This document shows positions 19,031 through 28,537 of a stretch of DNA of 64,000 bases, piece by piece. How positions within the stretch are numbered: position 1 is the first letter of the stretch; each line of letters opens with the position of its first letter. The notes under the pieces are model-generated. The model had not been told where the DNA came from. It worked only from the letters and a program-made list of their open reading frames with translations, and did no database searches. The stretch is from positions 1,029 through 65,028 of the forward strand of contig JAZLEQ010000007.1 in the NCBI GenBank assembly GCA_045615365.1, written 5' to 3'. Source of the DNA: Alphaproteobacteria bacterium. GTDB taxonomy: Bacteria > Pseudomonadota > Alphaproteobacteria > RF32 > CAG-239. The position numbers were made by a program, and so were the translations under genes.

Positions 19031-20311
19031 ATGAGAAGAGTTGTTATTACAGGAATGGGCTTGGTTTCACCGTTGGGTTGCGACATTGAGACTGTTTGGC
19101 GCAAAATACTTAACGGGGAATCGGGTATTAAGTCTATCGCAAATAATCAGAACATTGATTTGAAGGATATTCCTGTTACAATTGCCGGCATGGTTGATTG
19201 GGGAGAAGAAGAAAACCTTTTTAACCCGCTAAAATATATGCAGGCGAAAGAACTTAAAAGGCACGACAACTTTTTATTATATGGAATCGCAGCCGGAACC
19301 GACGCTCTTAGTGATGCCGGATGGAATCCGGACAAAGCTTCCGAAGAAGAGAAAGAACGTGCCGGAATTTTGATGGGCTCCGGATTTGGCGGACTTAAAA
19401 CAGCTTATGAAATGACGCTATCTTTCCAAGAAAGCGGTATGAAAAGACTTTCTCCTTTTTTGATTCCCGCAAGTATTATTAATATGATATCCGGCAATTT
19501 ATCAATTAAACATCAATTAAAAGGGCCGAATTTGGCCTGCGTAACAGCTTGCTCAACCGGAAATCATGCAATAGGAGAAGCCTCTCGCCTGATTACTGAT
19601 GGAGATGCGGATATTATGGTTGCAGGAGGTGCCGAAGCAGTTGTTAACGAGTTGGGATTATCGGGCTTTGCCAAAATGCGCGCAATCACGGCTGATTTCA
19701 ACGACTGTCCGGAAAAATCGTCTCGTCCGTGGGACAAAAAGAGAAGTGGTTTTGTTATGAGCGAAGGAGCGGCAGCTCTCGTGTTGGAAGAACTTGAGCA
19801 TGCAAAAGCACGCGGAGCCAAAATTTATGCAGAAATTGCAGGTTACGGAATGTCGGGTGATGCATATCACATCACTTCGCCATCAGGAGATGGCGCCCTA
19901 CGAGCAATGAAAACCGCTTTGCGTAAAGCTTCTACAACAAACACTTCAATTGACGATATTGATTATATAAATGCCCACGGAACATCAACAACAATGGGCG
20001 ATATCAGTGAGATAGAAGCTGTAAAAAGTTTATTCGGCGATGATATTGGCAGAATTTCAATGTCGTCAACAAAATCGGCAACCGGACATATGTTGGGTGC
20101 AGCAGGGGCTATTGAAGCTATTTTCTCAACATTGGCAATTCGCGATCAGATTTGTCCTCCAACCATAAACTTAGAAGACAAAATTGATGAAGCCGATGGA
20201 GTTGATTTAGTCCCACTAAAAGCAAAAAAGCGTAACATTAAAGCAGCCATGTCAAACTCTTTCGGTTTTGGCGGAACTAACTCGTGTTTAATTATTAAAA
20301 AATATGAATAA
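19031..20311 (+). CDS. fabF: Beta-ketoacyl-ACP synthase II
   Basis: RRVVITGMG, TACSTG, NAHGTST, TGHMLGAAG, SNSFGFGGTN. Confidence 0.95.
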   Translation: MRRVVITGMGLVSPLGCDIETVWRKILNGESGIKSIANNQNIDLKDIPVTIAGMVDWGEEENLFNPLKYMQAKELKRHDNFLLYGIAAGTDALSDAGWNPDKASEEEKERAGILMGSGFGGLKTAYEMTLSFQESGMKRLSPFLIPASIINMISGNLSIKHQLKGPNLACVTACSTGNHAIGEASRLITDGDADIMVAGGAEAVVNELGLSGFAKMRAITADFNDCPEKSSRPWDKKRSGFVMSEGAAALVLEELEHAKARGAKIYAEIAGYGMSGDAYHITSPSGDGALRAMKTALRKASTTNTSIDDIDYINAHGTSTTMGDISEIEAVKSLFGDDIGRISMSSTKSATGHMLGAAGAIEAIFSTLAIRDQICPPTINLEDKIDEADGVDLVPLKAKKRNIKAAMSNSFGFGGTNSCLIIKKYE

Positions 20312-20316
20312 AAAAA

Positions 20317-21270
20317 ATGATTAAAAATTTTATTATTTTCGGTTTTATTGTAGTTTTGGTCGGTGCGTGGCTTGGTAACAAATGGGTTTTTGACGAAGGA
20401 CCGGCTACAGAGCAAGCCATTGTTTTAGTAAATAAAGGAGCCGGCAGCTCTACTGTTGCAACAAAACTTTATGAAGCAAATATTATTGACAAGCCTTGGT
20501 TATTTAAAATTGTTGCAAGGATTTCCGGTTTGGATAAACAGCTTAAAGCCGGAGAATATGAATTTGCTGCAAGAATATCCATGAACGATGTTTTGCAAAA
20601 ATTGAAAAAAGGTGAAATTATATACAGGCAAGTGACTTTACCGGAAGGTCTGACCTCAAAACAAATGTTGCAAATAATTGCAGAAAACGAATTCTTAACA
20701 GGAAATATTTCAGCCGAAGTAAAAGACGGTGACCTCTTACCCGAAACCTACACATTCACAAGAGGCGATTCTCGTGACAGCATTATTACTCAAGCCAAAA
20801 ATGCTATGGCTGAGACAATAGAAAAGGCTTGGGAAAATCGCGATGAATTTATCCCTATTAAAAATAAAAAAGAACTATTAACTTTGGCATCGATAATCGA
20901 AAAAGAAACCGCTATTGAAGAAGAAAGAAGATTGGTTGCTTCGGTTTTTGTTAATCGCTTGAAGAAAAGAATGAGATTACAAACAGATCCTACGGTAATT
21001 TATGCTCTGACACTCGGACAAAGCGATTTAGGACGCCTTCTGACAAGAAAAGACCTGCAAATTGACAGTCCGTATAATACTTATAAATATTACGGTCTTC
21101 CTCCCTCCCCGATTTGCAATCCGGGCAGAGCTTCTTTGGAAGCTGCAGCAAATCCCGAATTAAGTGATTATTTGTATTTTGTAGCAAACGGTTCGGGGGG
21201 ACATAACTTTGCAAAATCACTCAAAGAACATAATGCAAATGTTGCCTATTGGAAAAAATTAAGAAAATAA
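20317..21270 (+). CDS. mltG: Endolytic transglycosylase MltG
   Basis: LASIIEKET, LQTDPTVIY, SPYNTY, GLPPSPICNPG. Confidence 0.95.
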   Translation: MIKNFIIFGFIVVLVGAWLGNKWVFDEGPATEQAIVLVNKGAGSSTVATKLYEANIIDKPWLFKIVARISGLDKQLKAGEYEFAARISMNDVLQKLKKGEIIYRQVTLPEGLTSKQMLQIIAENEFLTGNISAEVKDGDLLPETYTFTRGDSRDSIITQAKNAMAETIEKAWENRDEFIPIKNKKELLTLASIIEKETAIEEERRLVASVFVNRLKKRMRLQTDPTVIYALTLGQSDLGRLLTRKDLQIDSPYNTYKYYGLPPSPICNPGRASLEAAANPELSDYLYFVANGSGGHNFAKSLKEHNANVAYWKKLRK

Positions 21271-21331
21271 TTGTTGCAAGCTTCATTTTTTCAAATTATA
21301 TTTTTTTCGTAAACCTTATATTTTGTTAATT

Positions 21332-21532
21332 ATGAAAGAAATAAAAGCAAAAATCTTAGAGCGGCTTAGAGCTGTTTTAAGAATGATGGGAATGTTGAAT
21401 GAAACTCAACTTCCTCAACCTGAAGTTAGAACAACGCATATTCACTATGATCCGCATAGTAAAGAGCCGAGATCTAAAAACAATTCGTCAATTGGTAGCA
21501 AAGCACCAATTAACAGAATGCAAAACAAATAA
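21332..21532 (+). CDS. Small hypothetical protein
   Basis: Short ORF filling the gap after mltG; no motif. Confidence 0.45.
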   Translation: MKEIKAKILERLRAVLRMMGMLNETQLPQPEVRTTHIHYDPHSKEPRSKNNSSIGSKAPINRMQNK

Positions 21533-21551
21533 CTAAAAAAAATTATTATTT

Positions 21552-21776
21552 ATGGACCTAAAAGAAAGACGAAGAGAAATCGTGGAGATTATCTCACACG
21601 AGCTTATGATTGAAGACCTTAGCGAAAACGACAGGTTTGATACCTTGGGTATTGCCGATGCTGATAAATATAGCATCATTGTAAAGCTTGAGAATATGGG
21701 TTTCTTCGTTTCTGAATCAGATTTTGAAGAATATCCTGAAATTTCAGATTTTTTGGATAACGTTTTAGACCTCTGA
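21552..21776 (+). CDS. Divergent ACP-like small acidic protein
   Basis: Size, acidity and LSENDRFDTLGIADAD..IIVKLE...ISDFLD pattern resemble ACP; followed by a terminator near 21781-21819. Confidence 0.5.
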   Translation: MDLKERRREIVEIISHELMIEDLSENDRFDTLGIADADKYSIIVKLENMGFFVSESDFEEYPEISDFLDNVLDL

Positions 21777-21823
21777 AAATAAAAAATGGTATTTCTAATA
21801 AAAAGAAATACCATTTTTTATTT

Positions 21824-22321
21824 TTATGCTTGCCCCATGGTTTCCATAGTCAGGGGGAAAAGCGCATCTTGCGGAGACATCCCTTTAGTTAAAACGACCT
21901 TAAACACCGGATATATTCGTTCACATTCATTAATTGCCACATCAATCATTTGGGAGATTTTGTGCTCGAAGAATTCTTCCTCGTAGTTTAAGAATAATGA
22001 ATGTTTAAATACAGGCGTATTTTGCTCACTCCAGTATATGAAATGACCGACCCACAAGTTTTCATTAATCAATGCCAAAAGCTCAAATATTTTGCTTCGG
22101 TCTTCAAGTTTGTTTTCAATATCCATAAGACAAGATATATGAAGACATTTCATTGAAGTCTCCCAAGCAAAAAATAAAAGCATATTACTCCATTTTCCTT
22201 GGACCTCCACAACAACCTCATTAATGTTGCGACGATTCACTTCATAGAGCTTGGATGAAAAAATATTCTCCACCATATCTATAGGGTTGTTGTAAGTGGC
22301 TATTTTCTGAGCCGTTTGCAT
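21824..22321 (-). CDS. YbjN domain protein
   Basis: NPIDMVE, LLALINENLWVGHF, ECERIYPVF, ETMGQA as in the alphaproteobacterial YbjN family. Confidence 0.8.
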   Translation of the reverse strand: MQTAQKIATYNNPIDMVENIFSSKLYEVNRRNINEVVVEVQGKWSNMLLFFAWETSMKCLHISCLMDIENKLEDRSKIFELLALINENLWVGHFIYWSEQNTPVFKHSLFLNYEEEFFEHKISQMIDVAINECERIYPVFKVVLTKGMSPQDALFPLTMETMGQA

Positions 22322-22399
22322 TCTTTTTTTTCTCCGAAATATTCTTTTGATAATTATTACATTAACAAGTAAAGCATTGTCTTCCGAATAAAAGCAATT

Positions 22400-22560
22400 A
22401 CCGAGTCGTTTTTTTCCACCAAATTTAGTTTTGTGGATAACTACACACAGCCAATATCATTGGAAATCAATAGATTAGGAAAAATAAAAAATTTTAACAA
22501 CATTTATGTGTGGATATATCTGTGCAAATTAATTATTCTTTAAGTAATTAAATAAATAAG
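22400..22560. promoter_or_regulatory. DnaA-box/IHF/CtrA-box cluster, candidate replication origin
   Basis: Perfect DnaA box TGTGGATAA 22432-22440; 8/9 boxes at 22412, 22509, 22521; IHF consensus AATCAA-N4-TTA 22465-22477; TTAA-N7-TTAA 22529-22543; AT-rich flank. Confidence 0.5.
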
Positions 22561-22578
22561 AGGTTTTATAAGAAAATT

Positions 22579-23373
22579 ATGATTGGTTTAGAATTTCCCG
22601 AAATATCCCCTATTGCCTTTAATTTAGGGCCTATTGTCATCAGATGGTATTCCTTGGCATATTTGTTTGGCATCATTGTTGCCTATGTGTTGATTTTGCG
22701 TAATAATAAAAAATATGCTTTAGGATTCGAGCAGAAACAAATTGAGGACTTGGCGTTTTATGTAACACTCGGTATCATAGCAGGTGGAAGACTGGGGTAT
22801 GCTGTTTTTTATGGCGGACTTGAAATGTGGATCAAACCTTGGCATCTGTTAGAATTGTGGAAAGGCGGGATGTCGTTTCACGGAGGAATCGCCGGAGTAA
22901 TTATCGCGACATGGATGTTTGCCCGCAAATATAATTTCAAATTCTTGCAACTAACGGATTTAATTGTGTTATTTGCGCCAATCGGAATTTTTTTAGGCAG
23001 AATTGCTAATTTTATAAATGATGAACTTTGGGGAAGAGTTACTGATGTTCCTTGGGCTGTGCGTTTTCCTAACGGAGGATTTATCCCCAGACACCCTTCG
23101 CAACTATACGAGGCCATAATGGAAGGAATTGTGCTTTTTGTTTTACTTAATTGCTTTTGGAAAAATAAAAACATTAGAGAAAAGCACGGCGTTATTTCCG
23201 CAATATTTGTTTTATTTTATGGGTTATTCAGAATTTTTATGGAACAATTCAGAGAACCTGATGCACAATTGGGATTCTTTTTTAAATATGTCACTATGGG
23301 ACAAATGTTGTCTTTACCTTTATTAGCTGCAGGAATTTTTATTTTGTTTAAAAAATTAAGCCACAAAGATTAA
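22579..23373 (+). CDS. lgt: Prolipoprotein diacylglyceryl transferase
   Basis: IRWY, GGRLGY, GGMSFHGG, GRIANFIN, RHPSQLYE. Confidence 0.97.
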   Translation: MIGLEFPEISPIAFNLGPIVIRWYSLAYLFGIIVAYVLILRNNKKYALGFEQKQIEDLAFYVTLGIIAGGRLGYAVFYGGLEMWIKPWHLLELWKGGMSFHGGIAGVIIATWMFARKYNFKFLQLTDLIVLFAPIGIFLGRIANFINDELWGRVTDVPWAVRFPNGGFIPRHPSQLYEAIMEGIVLFVLLNCFWKNKNIREKHGVISAIFVLFYGLFRIFMEQFREPDAQLGFFFKYVTMGQMLSLPLLAAGIFILFKKLSHKD

Positions 23374-24521
23374 GCTTTTGTTGTTACATTGTTGCTAAAC
23401 TTGGCGGTATCTCTCATGGCGTTTTCTGCACGAGCTGCAACTTCGTAAACATCTTTGTCGCTACGTTTTTTTTCGCTAACTCCGCAAGAAATCGTTATCT
23501 TTAACGGAGATTTTTTAGGGGCATACACAAAATTTAATCCGGCTATGGTTCTTCTTACTTCTTCAATATGTGAATAAGCTTCTTTGATATCAAATTTTTT
23601 ATATATAAAGATGAATTCATCGTAATAAATACGAAAGATTAAATCATTGCCTATATATTCCTGAAAAATATCGTTAATCATGGTAACAATCGTTTTCATA
23701 TTGTGCAAACCGATTTTTCGAGCAATATCATCGTAAAAATCTATTTTAATGATAGCCACGGAATATTTAAGCGGTAATTTTGATGCATAGTAACGATAGG
23801 AATTACGATTTTTCAAACCGGTATGTTTGTCAAAAAAATGTTCGTATATAATGCTATATATAATATATATAAAAACAAAAAATATGTTTAAGGCAACAAA
23901 CATTTCCATTCCTGAAATCTTGTATAAACAGAAAGTTGCGCTTGAAATGCCTATATATAAGATTGTGTAGTCCCAAAAATCACCTTCCTTAACTGATTTA
24001 ACAAAAGCATATGTTATAAGGCAGGCAAAACCGATTGCTGCCGGCACATTCACCTCATGTATAAAGAAAAGCGGCGCAATATCTGCTTTTAAAAGAGTTT
24101 CAACAACTCCATATTCCATCAAAATTCCTATGGAGAGAAATAGTGATTTTCTACTTATCAGTCTGTATGGATAATATATATAAAAAAGAAGCAAGTTATA
24201 TGGAAGAAGAGCGATAAGTGTTTGAACAACAATATCAGATGAATAAGCATTTTCCGCTCCGGTTCTTAGGCGATTTAACAGTGTATAAAATAATATAAAA
24301 GTTATAACGCAGAAAATTCCTTTGCCTTTATTAAAATACACTTGCACCAGCAACAAACAAGCTCCAATGATATATATACTCCGGTGCAACGTTTCTCCTA
24401 CTGACGGAGATATTCCTCCGGCACTCAGAAACTTGAATAAACAAAATGCAAAAACAATTGCCGGCATTAACATTCCGCTGATTAACGGCAAATATTTTTC
24501 TAAAATTGAATGGAGTTGCAA
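23370..24521 (-). CDS. Membrane protein with degenerate GGDEF domain
   Basis: Multiple TM helices; DKHTGLKNR, IKIDFY, RIYYDEF, ITISCGVSE. Confidence 0.8.
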   Translation of the reverse strand: MQLHSILEKYLPLISGMLMPAIVFAFCLFKFLSAGGISPSVGETLHRSIYIIGACLLLVQVYFNKGKGIFCVITFILFYTLLNRLRTGAENAYSSDIVVQTLIALLPYNLLLFYIYYPYRLISRKSLFLSIGILMEYGVVETLLKADIAPLFFIHEVNVPAAIGFACLITYAFVKSVKEGDFWDYTILYIGISSATFCLYKISGMEMFVALNIFFVFIYIIYSIIYEHFFDKHTGLKNRNSYRYYASKLPLKYSVAIIKIDFYDDIARKIGLHNMKTIVTMINDIFQEYIGNDLIFRIYYDEFIFIYKKFDIKEAYSHIEEVRRTIAGLNFVYAPKKSPLKITISCGVSEKKRSDKDVYEVAARAENAMRDTAKFSNNVTTKA

Positions 24522-24580
24522 GCTTATTACCTCAAAATAAAATTCAAAGAAGACTTTGTTTTATAATAAAGGCTAAAAAG

Positions 24581-25666
24581 TTAAATTTTATTTACACATT
24601 TTAAAATTGAACTATCGCCGTATGAATAAAAACGATATTTTTCTTTTATGGCATGAGCATAAACTTCTTGCATTTTTTCAATTCCCGCCACGGCACAAAC
24701 CAACATAAACAATGTCGATTTAGGTAAATGGAAATTTGTTATGAGCATGTCAATTATTTTAAACTTATAACCGGGAGTAATGAATATATCGGTTTCTTGC
24801 GCAAACGGATGAATTATTCCTTTACTGTCTGCGGCAGATTCAAGCAAACGAAGCGATGTTGTGCCGACTGCAATTACTCTTCCGCCATTTTGTTTAGTTT
24901 GGTTAATTATATCGGCAACCTCTTTACTTATTACACCATATTCAGCATGCATTTTGTGATCTTCCGTTTTATCGGTTTTAACCGGCAAAAATGTTCCGGC
25001 TCCAACATGTAAAGTGACAAAAACGCGATTAATTCCTTTTTCTTTCAGTTGCTGCATTACTTCTTCCGTAAAATGAAGTCCGGCTGTCGGAGCTGCAACA
25101 GCCCCCTCTTTTGAGGCATAAATTGTTTGATAACTCTCTGTGTCGTTATATTTATGCCATATTGAATCCACCCCCGGACGTTCTCGTTTTATGTATGGAG
25201 GAAGCGGCATATAGCCAAACTTTTTAAGCATCTCCGGAAAATGACTTTCCTCACAATTAAAGCGAAGAAGTGAGCCATCTTCAGCATCTTTTTCCATTAT
25301 GGTAGCCGTGAAACCGAACTGAGAAGAATCGCCTTCATCATTATAAAAAATTATTTCATCGTTTATTTTCAGGCGCTTGGAGTTTTTAATAAAAGCCCAC
25401 CATAATAAACCATCCAACGGGCGATATAATGTAACTTCAACTTTTGCGTCACCTCTTTTTGCATATAATCTTGCAGGAATTACTTTGGTGTTGTTGCACA
25501 CGAGCAAATCACCGTTTTTCAGAACTTCCGCAATGTCAGAAAAACTTTTATCATTTATGGTATTACCATCCGACAAATCTAAGAGACGCGATGAGTGTCT
25601 CGGATTTGCCGGAGCCGAGGCTATAAGTTCTTTGGGTAAGTTGTAATCAAAAATTTCTACTTTCAT
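24581..25666 (-). CDS. queA: S-adenosylmethionine:tRNA ribosyltransferase-isomerase
   Basis: FDYNLP, NNTKVIPARL, PLPPYI, AAPTAGLHF, TNFHLPKSTL, YRFYSYGD. Confidence 0.97.
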   Translation of the reverse strand: MKVEIFDYNLPKELIASAPANPRHSSRLLDLSDGNTINDKSFSDIAEVLKNGDLLVCNNTKVIPARLYAKRGDAKVEVTLYRPLDGLLWWAFIKNSKRLKINDEIIFYNDEGDSSQFGFTATIMEKDAEDGSLLRFNCEESHFPEMLKKFGYMPLPPYIKRERPGVDSIWHKYNDTESYQTIYASKEGAVAAPTAGLHFTEEVMQQLKEKGINRVFVTLHVGAGTFLPVKTDKTEDHKMHAEYGVISKEVADIINQTKQNGGRVIAVGTTSLRLLESAADSKGIIHPFAQETDIFITPGYKFKIIDMLITNFHLPKSTLFMLVCAVAGIEKMQEVYAHAIKEKYRFYSYGDSSILKCVNKI

Positions 25667-25826
25667 AGCAACCTGCTTCTTTTTGTTTTTTTTGTCTTAT
25701 ATTACAAAGCTTTCTGAAGCGCAACTGTTTTATAACAAAAAAATACGTGGAAGCAAAACATTTTAAACTTGATGTTTTTTTAAAATTAAACCATAAGTAG
25801 TGTGTTGCAATTATAAAGGGGCGTTC

Positions 25827-26927
25827 ATGATAAATAAACGAATATTAAAAATGTTGGAAGGAATTTTGGTTTTAATTACAATAAACACAACCAAAAGCAA
25901 ACGTCAAACCGCTTATAATTTAGGAATATCCGTGGACACCGTTTCCAGTTACATAATGTTTTTGGAAAATGAAATCGGTCATTGCTTGATTATGAATCAA
26001 CAACATCACAGCGAGGCAACTCCAAAAGGAAAATATATAATAAGTCAATTTAAAAATATCTTCTCCGCAAATATCGGAGACAAAAACATTAACTTCTCCA
26101 ATTTGAAGATATTAAAAAGCATGTTTTATCTGAAAGCGTTGTCGGAATTTAAAAATAAACGCAATACAATGCAAAATCTCTCAGCATCGATTGAAACAAT
26201 AAATTTGCATATTGACAAATTAGAAGAAGTTTTTAACACTTCCTTAGCAACAAGCAACAACAACGGATCTGTAATAACCCCTTTCGGCAATTTAATCTTG
26301 CAAGAATTTGATAAACTGCTTGATGCTTTACAATGTGTCTTGAAAAAATGCGTTATGAATACGAAAATTCGATTAGCATTAAGCAGCAGAATCAATTTTT
26401 CACCGGCAAGTATTTGGCAATTTTCTCTTCATAATGTTGTTATTTTTAACAATGATCCTTGTCTTCACCCTAATGATTGGGATATTGCAATAACTTATGC
26501 AAAACCGATAATAAAAGATATTAAAATCTTGTTTCAACGAAAAGTTAATTGTGGTTTTTTTGCCAGTTCGGAATATTTGCAACACCATGGTAAACCGAAA
26601 GATCTTAATGATATCAAACAAAATCACTTTGTTTTAACCAGCGACTATGTTCCCTTTGCCGACGAAACTTATAAAAGAATTATAAACGGGTGCAAAAACA
26701 TTCATCATTTGCATTCTGCACATGTTTTAATAAGCGATGCGGCCCGTTTCGGCGGAGGAATTTGTATTATTCCCGTAACCTCAAAGTTAGAAAATTTGGT
26801 GCATTTGGATTACCTTCAATGCGATATTGAATCGTATATTTACCTTACGGCACATAAAAACTGCTCATCAATACCTTATTATCGCGATGCGGTTGAAACA
26901 TATAAAAGACTTATTATGCAAATTTAG
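25827..26927 (+). CDS. LysR-like regulator with two tandem HTH-like regions
   Basis: Two repeats of (TA..L..S..T....I..LE...L...TP.G); C-terminal WDIAI...FASSEYL..HGKP LysR substrate domain. Confidence 0.7.
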   Translation: MINKRILKMLEGILVLITINTTKSKRQTAYNLGISVDTVSSYIMFLENEIGHCLIMNQQHHSEATPKGKYIISQFKNIFSANIGDKNINFSNLKILKSMFYLKALSEFKNKRNTMQNLSASIETINLHIDKLEEVFNTSLATSNNNGSVITPFGNLILQEFDKLLDALQCVLKKCVMNTKIRLALSSRINFSPASIWQFSLHNVVIFNNDPCLHPNDWDIAITYAKPIIKDIKILFQRKVNCGFFASSEYLQHHGKPKDLNDIKQNHFVLTSDYVPFADETYKRIINGCKNIHHLHSAHVLISDAARFGGGICIIPVTSKLENLVHLDYLQCDIESYIYLTAHKNCSSIPYYRDAVETYKRLIMQI

Positions 26928-26945
26928 CTTTTATAATTAAAATAT

Positions 26946-27671
26946 CTATGACACAACTCTTGTTATTGTAAGGCTGTCTATTGATTTAGGCTTTGCCTTC
27001 TTTATTGCTAAGGCACATTCGCGAAGTGTTGATCCCGTGGTCAACACATCATCTACCAACAACACTCTTTTATTTCTTATATCCTCACAATTTTTGACAT
27101 AAAAAGCATCTTTAATATTTTTTATTCTTTCAAAACCCGAGCATTGTGCTTGGGGCTTTGTCTTTTTTATTTTTACAACGGTTGTATAATTGACTTTTGT
27201 ATTACTTAATTTACCTAATTCTTTTGCCAAAAGCGATGCTTGATTGTAGCGACGTTTGAGCATCCTCGTATAATGCATGGGAACAGGAATAATTACATCT
27301 ACTCCTGAGGCGAATATATCCTTGGCCGCAACATACATCATTTTAGCTAAAAACGGTGCCAAATCGGTTTTGTCATGAAACTTAAAGTCCAGTATCAGTT
27401 TTTTAGAAATTTCATCATAAACACAAGACGATCGTGAAAAACGAAAAAGATGACGTTTTTTCTGAAGACACCCTCCGCACAAAAGATGTTTATTGTCACC
27501 TGACGGAACTTCGTATAGCGGCGTTCCGCAGCGATAGCAGATTATGCCATTAATAAAATTAATTTCGGAAATACACTTATTACACAAACCTTTATCAGTT
27601 TTTAAAACCCTGCCGCAAAGATAACACTGAGGCGGTAAAATTAAATTAATTATTTTGCTTAAAATATTCAT
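26946..27671 (-). CDS. comF: ComF family protein
   Basis: N-terminal double zinc ribbon, PVPMH..R...RRYNQA, LLVDDVLTTGST. Confidence 0.92.
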   Translation of the reverse strand: MNILSKIINLILPPQCYLCGRVLKTDKGLCNKCISEINFINGIICYRCGTPLYEVPSGDNKHLLCGGCLQKKRHLFRFSRSSCVYDEISKKLILDFKFHDKTDLAPFLAKMMYVAAKDIFASGVDVIIPVPMHYTRMLKRRYNQASLLAKELGKLSNTKVNYTTVVKIKKTKPQAQCSGFERIKNIKDAFYVKNCEDIRNKRVLLVDDVLTTGSTLRECALAIKKAKPKSIDSLTITRVVS

Positions 27672-28537
27672 TTAAGATTAGCCAGTTCCTTATGTATTTC
27701 GTTTACATGATTCACAACCATAATACCGGAAGAAAGCAATATATCTTTTTTATCTTGAACAGATGTGTAGCCGTTGGTTAAAACATCGCCGGCATATCCC
27801 ATTTTATGATCAAACGGAACAGCGTCGCCCGCAACATAAGCGATTACAGGTTTTGCTTTTGAGCTTTGTGCATACCACTCTGCCGCAGTTTCTTCAAAAT
27901 TGCCGTATAGGCTTCCTATCATAATAATTGCTTTGGTAGAATCATCTCGGAAAAATGCTTCAAAGGCATCTATAAAATCAATTCCTATCAAAAAATCGTC
28001 GCCCAATCCGATAACCGTTGACTGTCCCATATTTGCGCGACGCGTTTCTAAAACAGCCTCATACGTCAGAGTTGAAGAACGCGATACAACACCGATATTT
28101 CCTGCAGAATGAATATTTTCCGGAAAAATTCCAAGTCTTGCCTCATTGGGAGTGATAATTCCAGGAGTGTTGGGACCAATTAGTTTTGTTTTGCTTCCTT
28201 TTAATATGTGTTTTATTTCAAGCATATCTTTTAAGGGAACACGATCTGCAATGCAAACAACCAAATCCAGTTCTGCTTCAACCGCTTCAGCAACTGCTGA
28301 TTTAACCATTTTTGCAGGAACATACATAACACTTGCAGTTGCTCCGGTTTCTGCAACAGCTTCCTTTACATTTTCAAAAACAGGAATGTTAAGATGAAAA
28401 ATACCGCCTTTTCCCGGCGTTACACCTCCGACTACTTTTGTGCCATAATCTAACGAACGTTGAATGTGAAAAGAAGCTTGCGTTCCGGTAATGCCCTGAC
28501 AAATTACTTTGGTATGTTTATTAACAAAAACCGACAT
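27668..28537 (-). CDS. sucD: Succinyl-CoA synthetase alpha subunit-like, catalytic His replaced
   Basis: KVICQGITG, GGVTPGKGG, IGPNTPG, VSRSSTLTYE; canonical MGHAG reads MGYAG. Confidence 0.85.
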   Translation of the reverse strand: MSVFVNKHTKVICQGITGTQASFHIQRSLDYGTKVVGGVTPGKGGIFHLNIPVFENVKEAVAETGATASVMYVPAKMVKSAVAEAVEAELDLVVCIADRVPLKDMLEIKHILKGSKTKLIGPNTPGIITPNEARLGIFPENIHSAGNIGVVSRSSTLTYEAVLETRRANMGQSTVIGLGDDFLIGIDFIDAFEAFFRDDSTKAIIMIGSLYGNFEETAAEWYAQSSKAKPVIAYVAGDAVPFDHKMGYAGDVLTNGYTSVQDKKDILLSSGIMVVNHVNEIHKELANLK

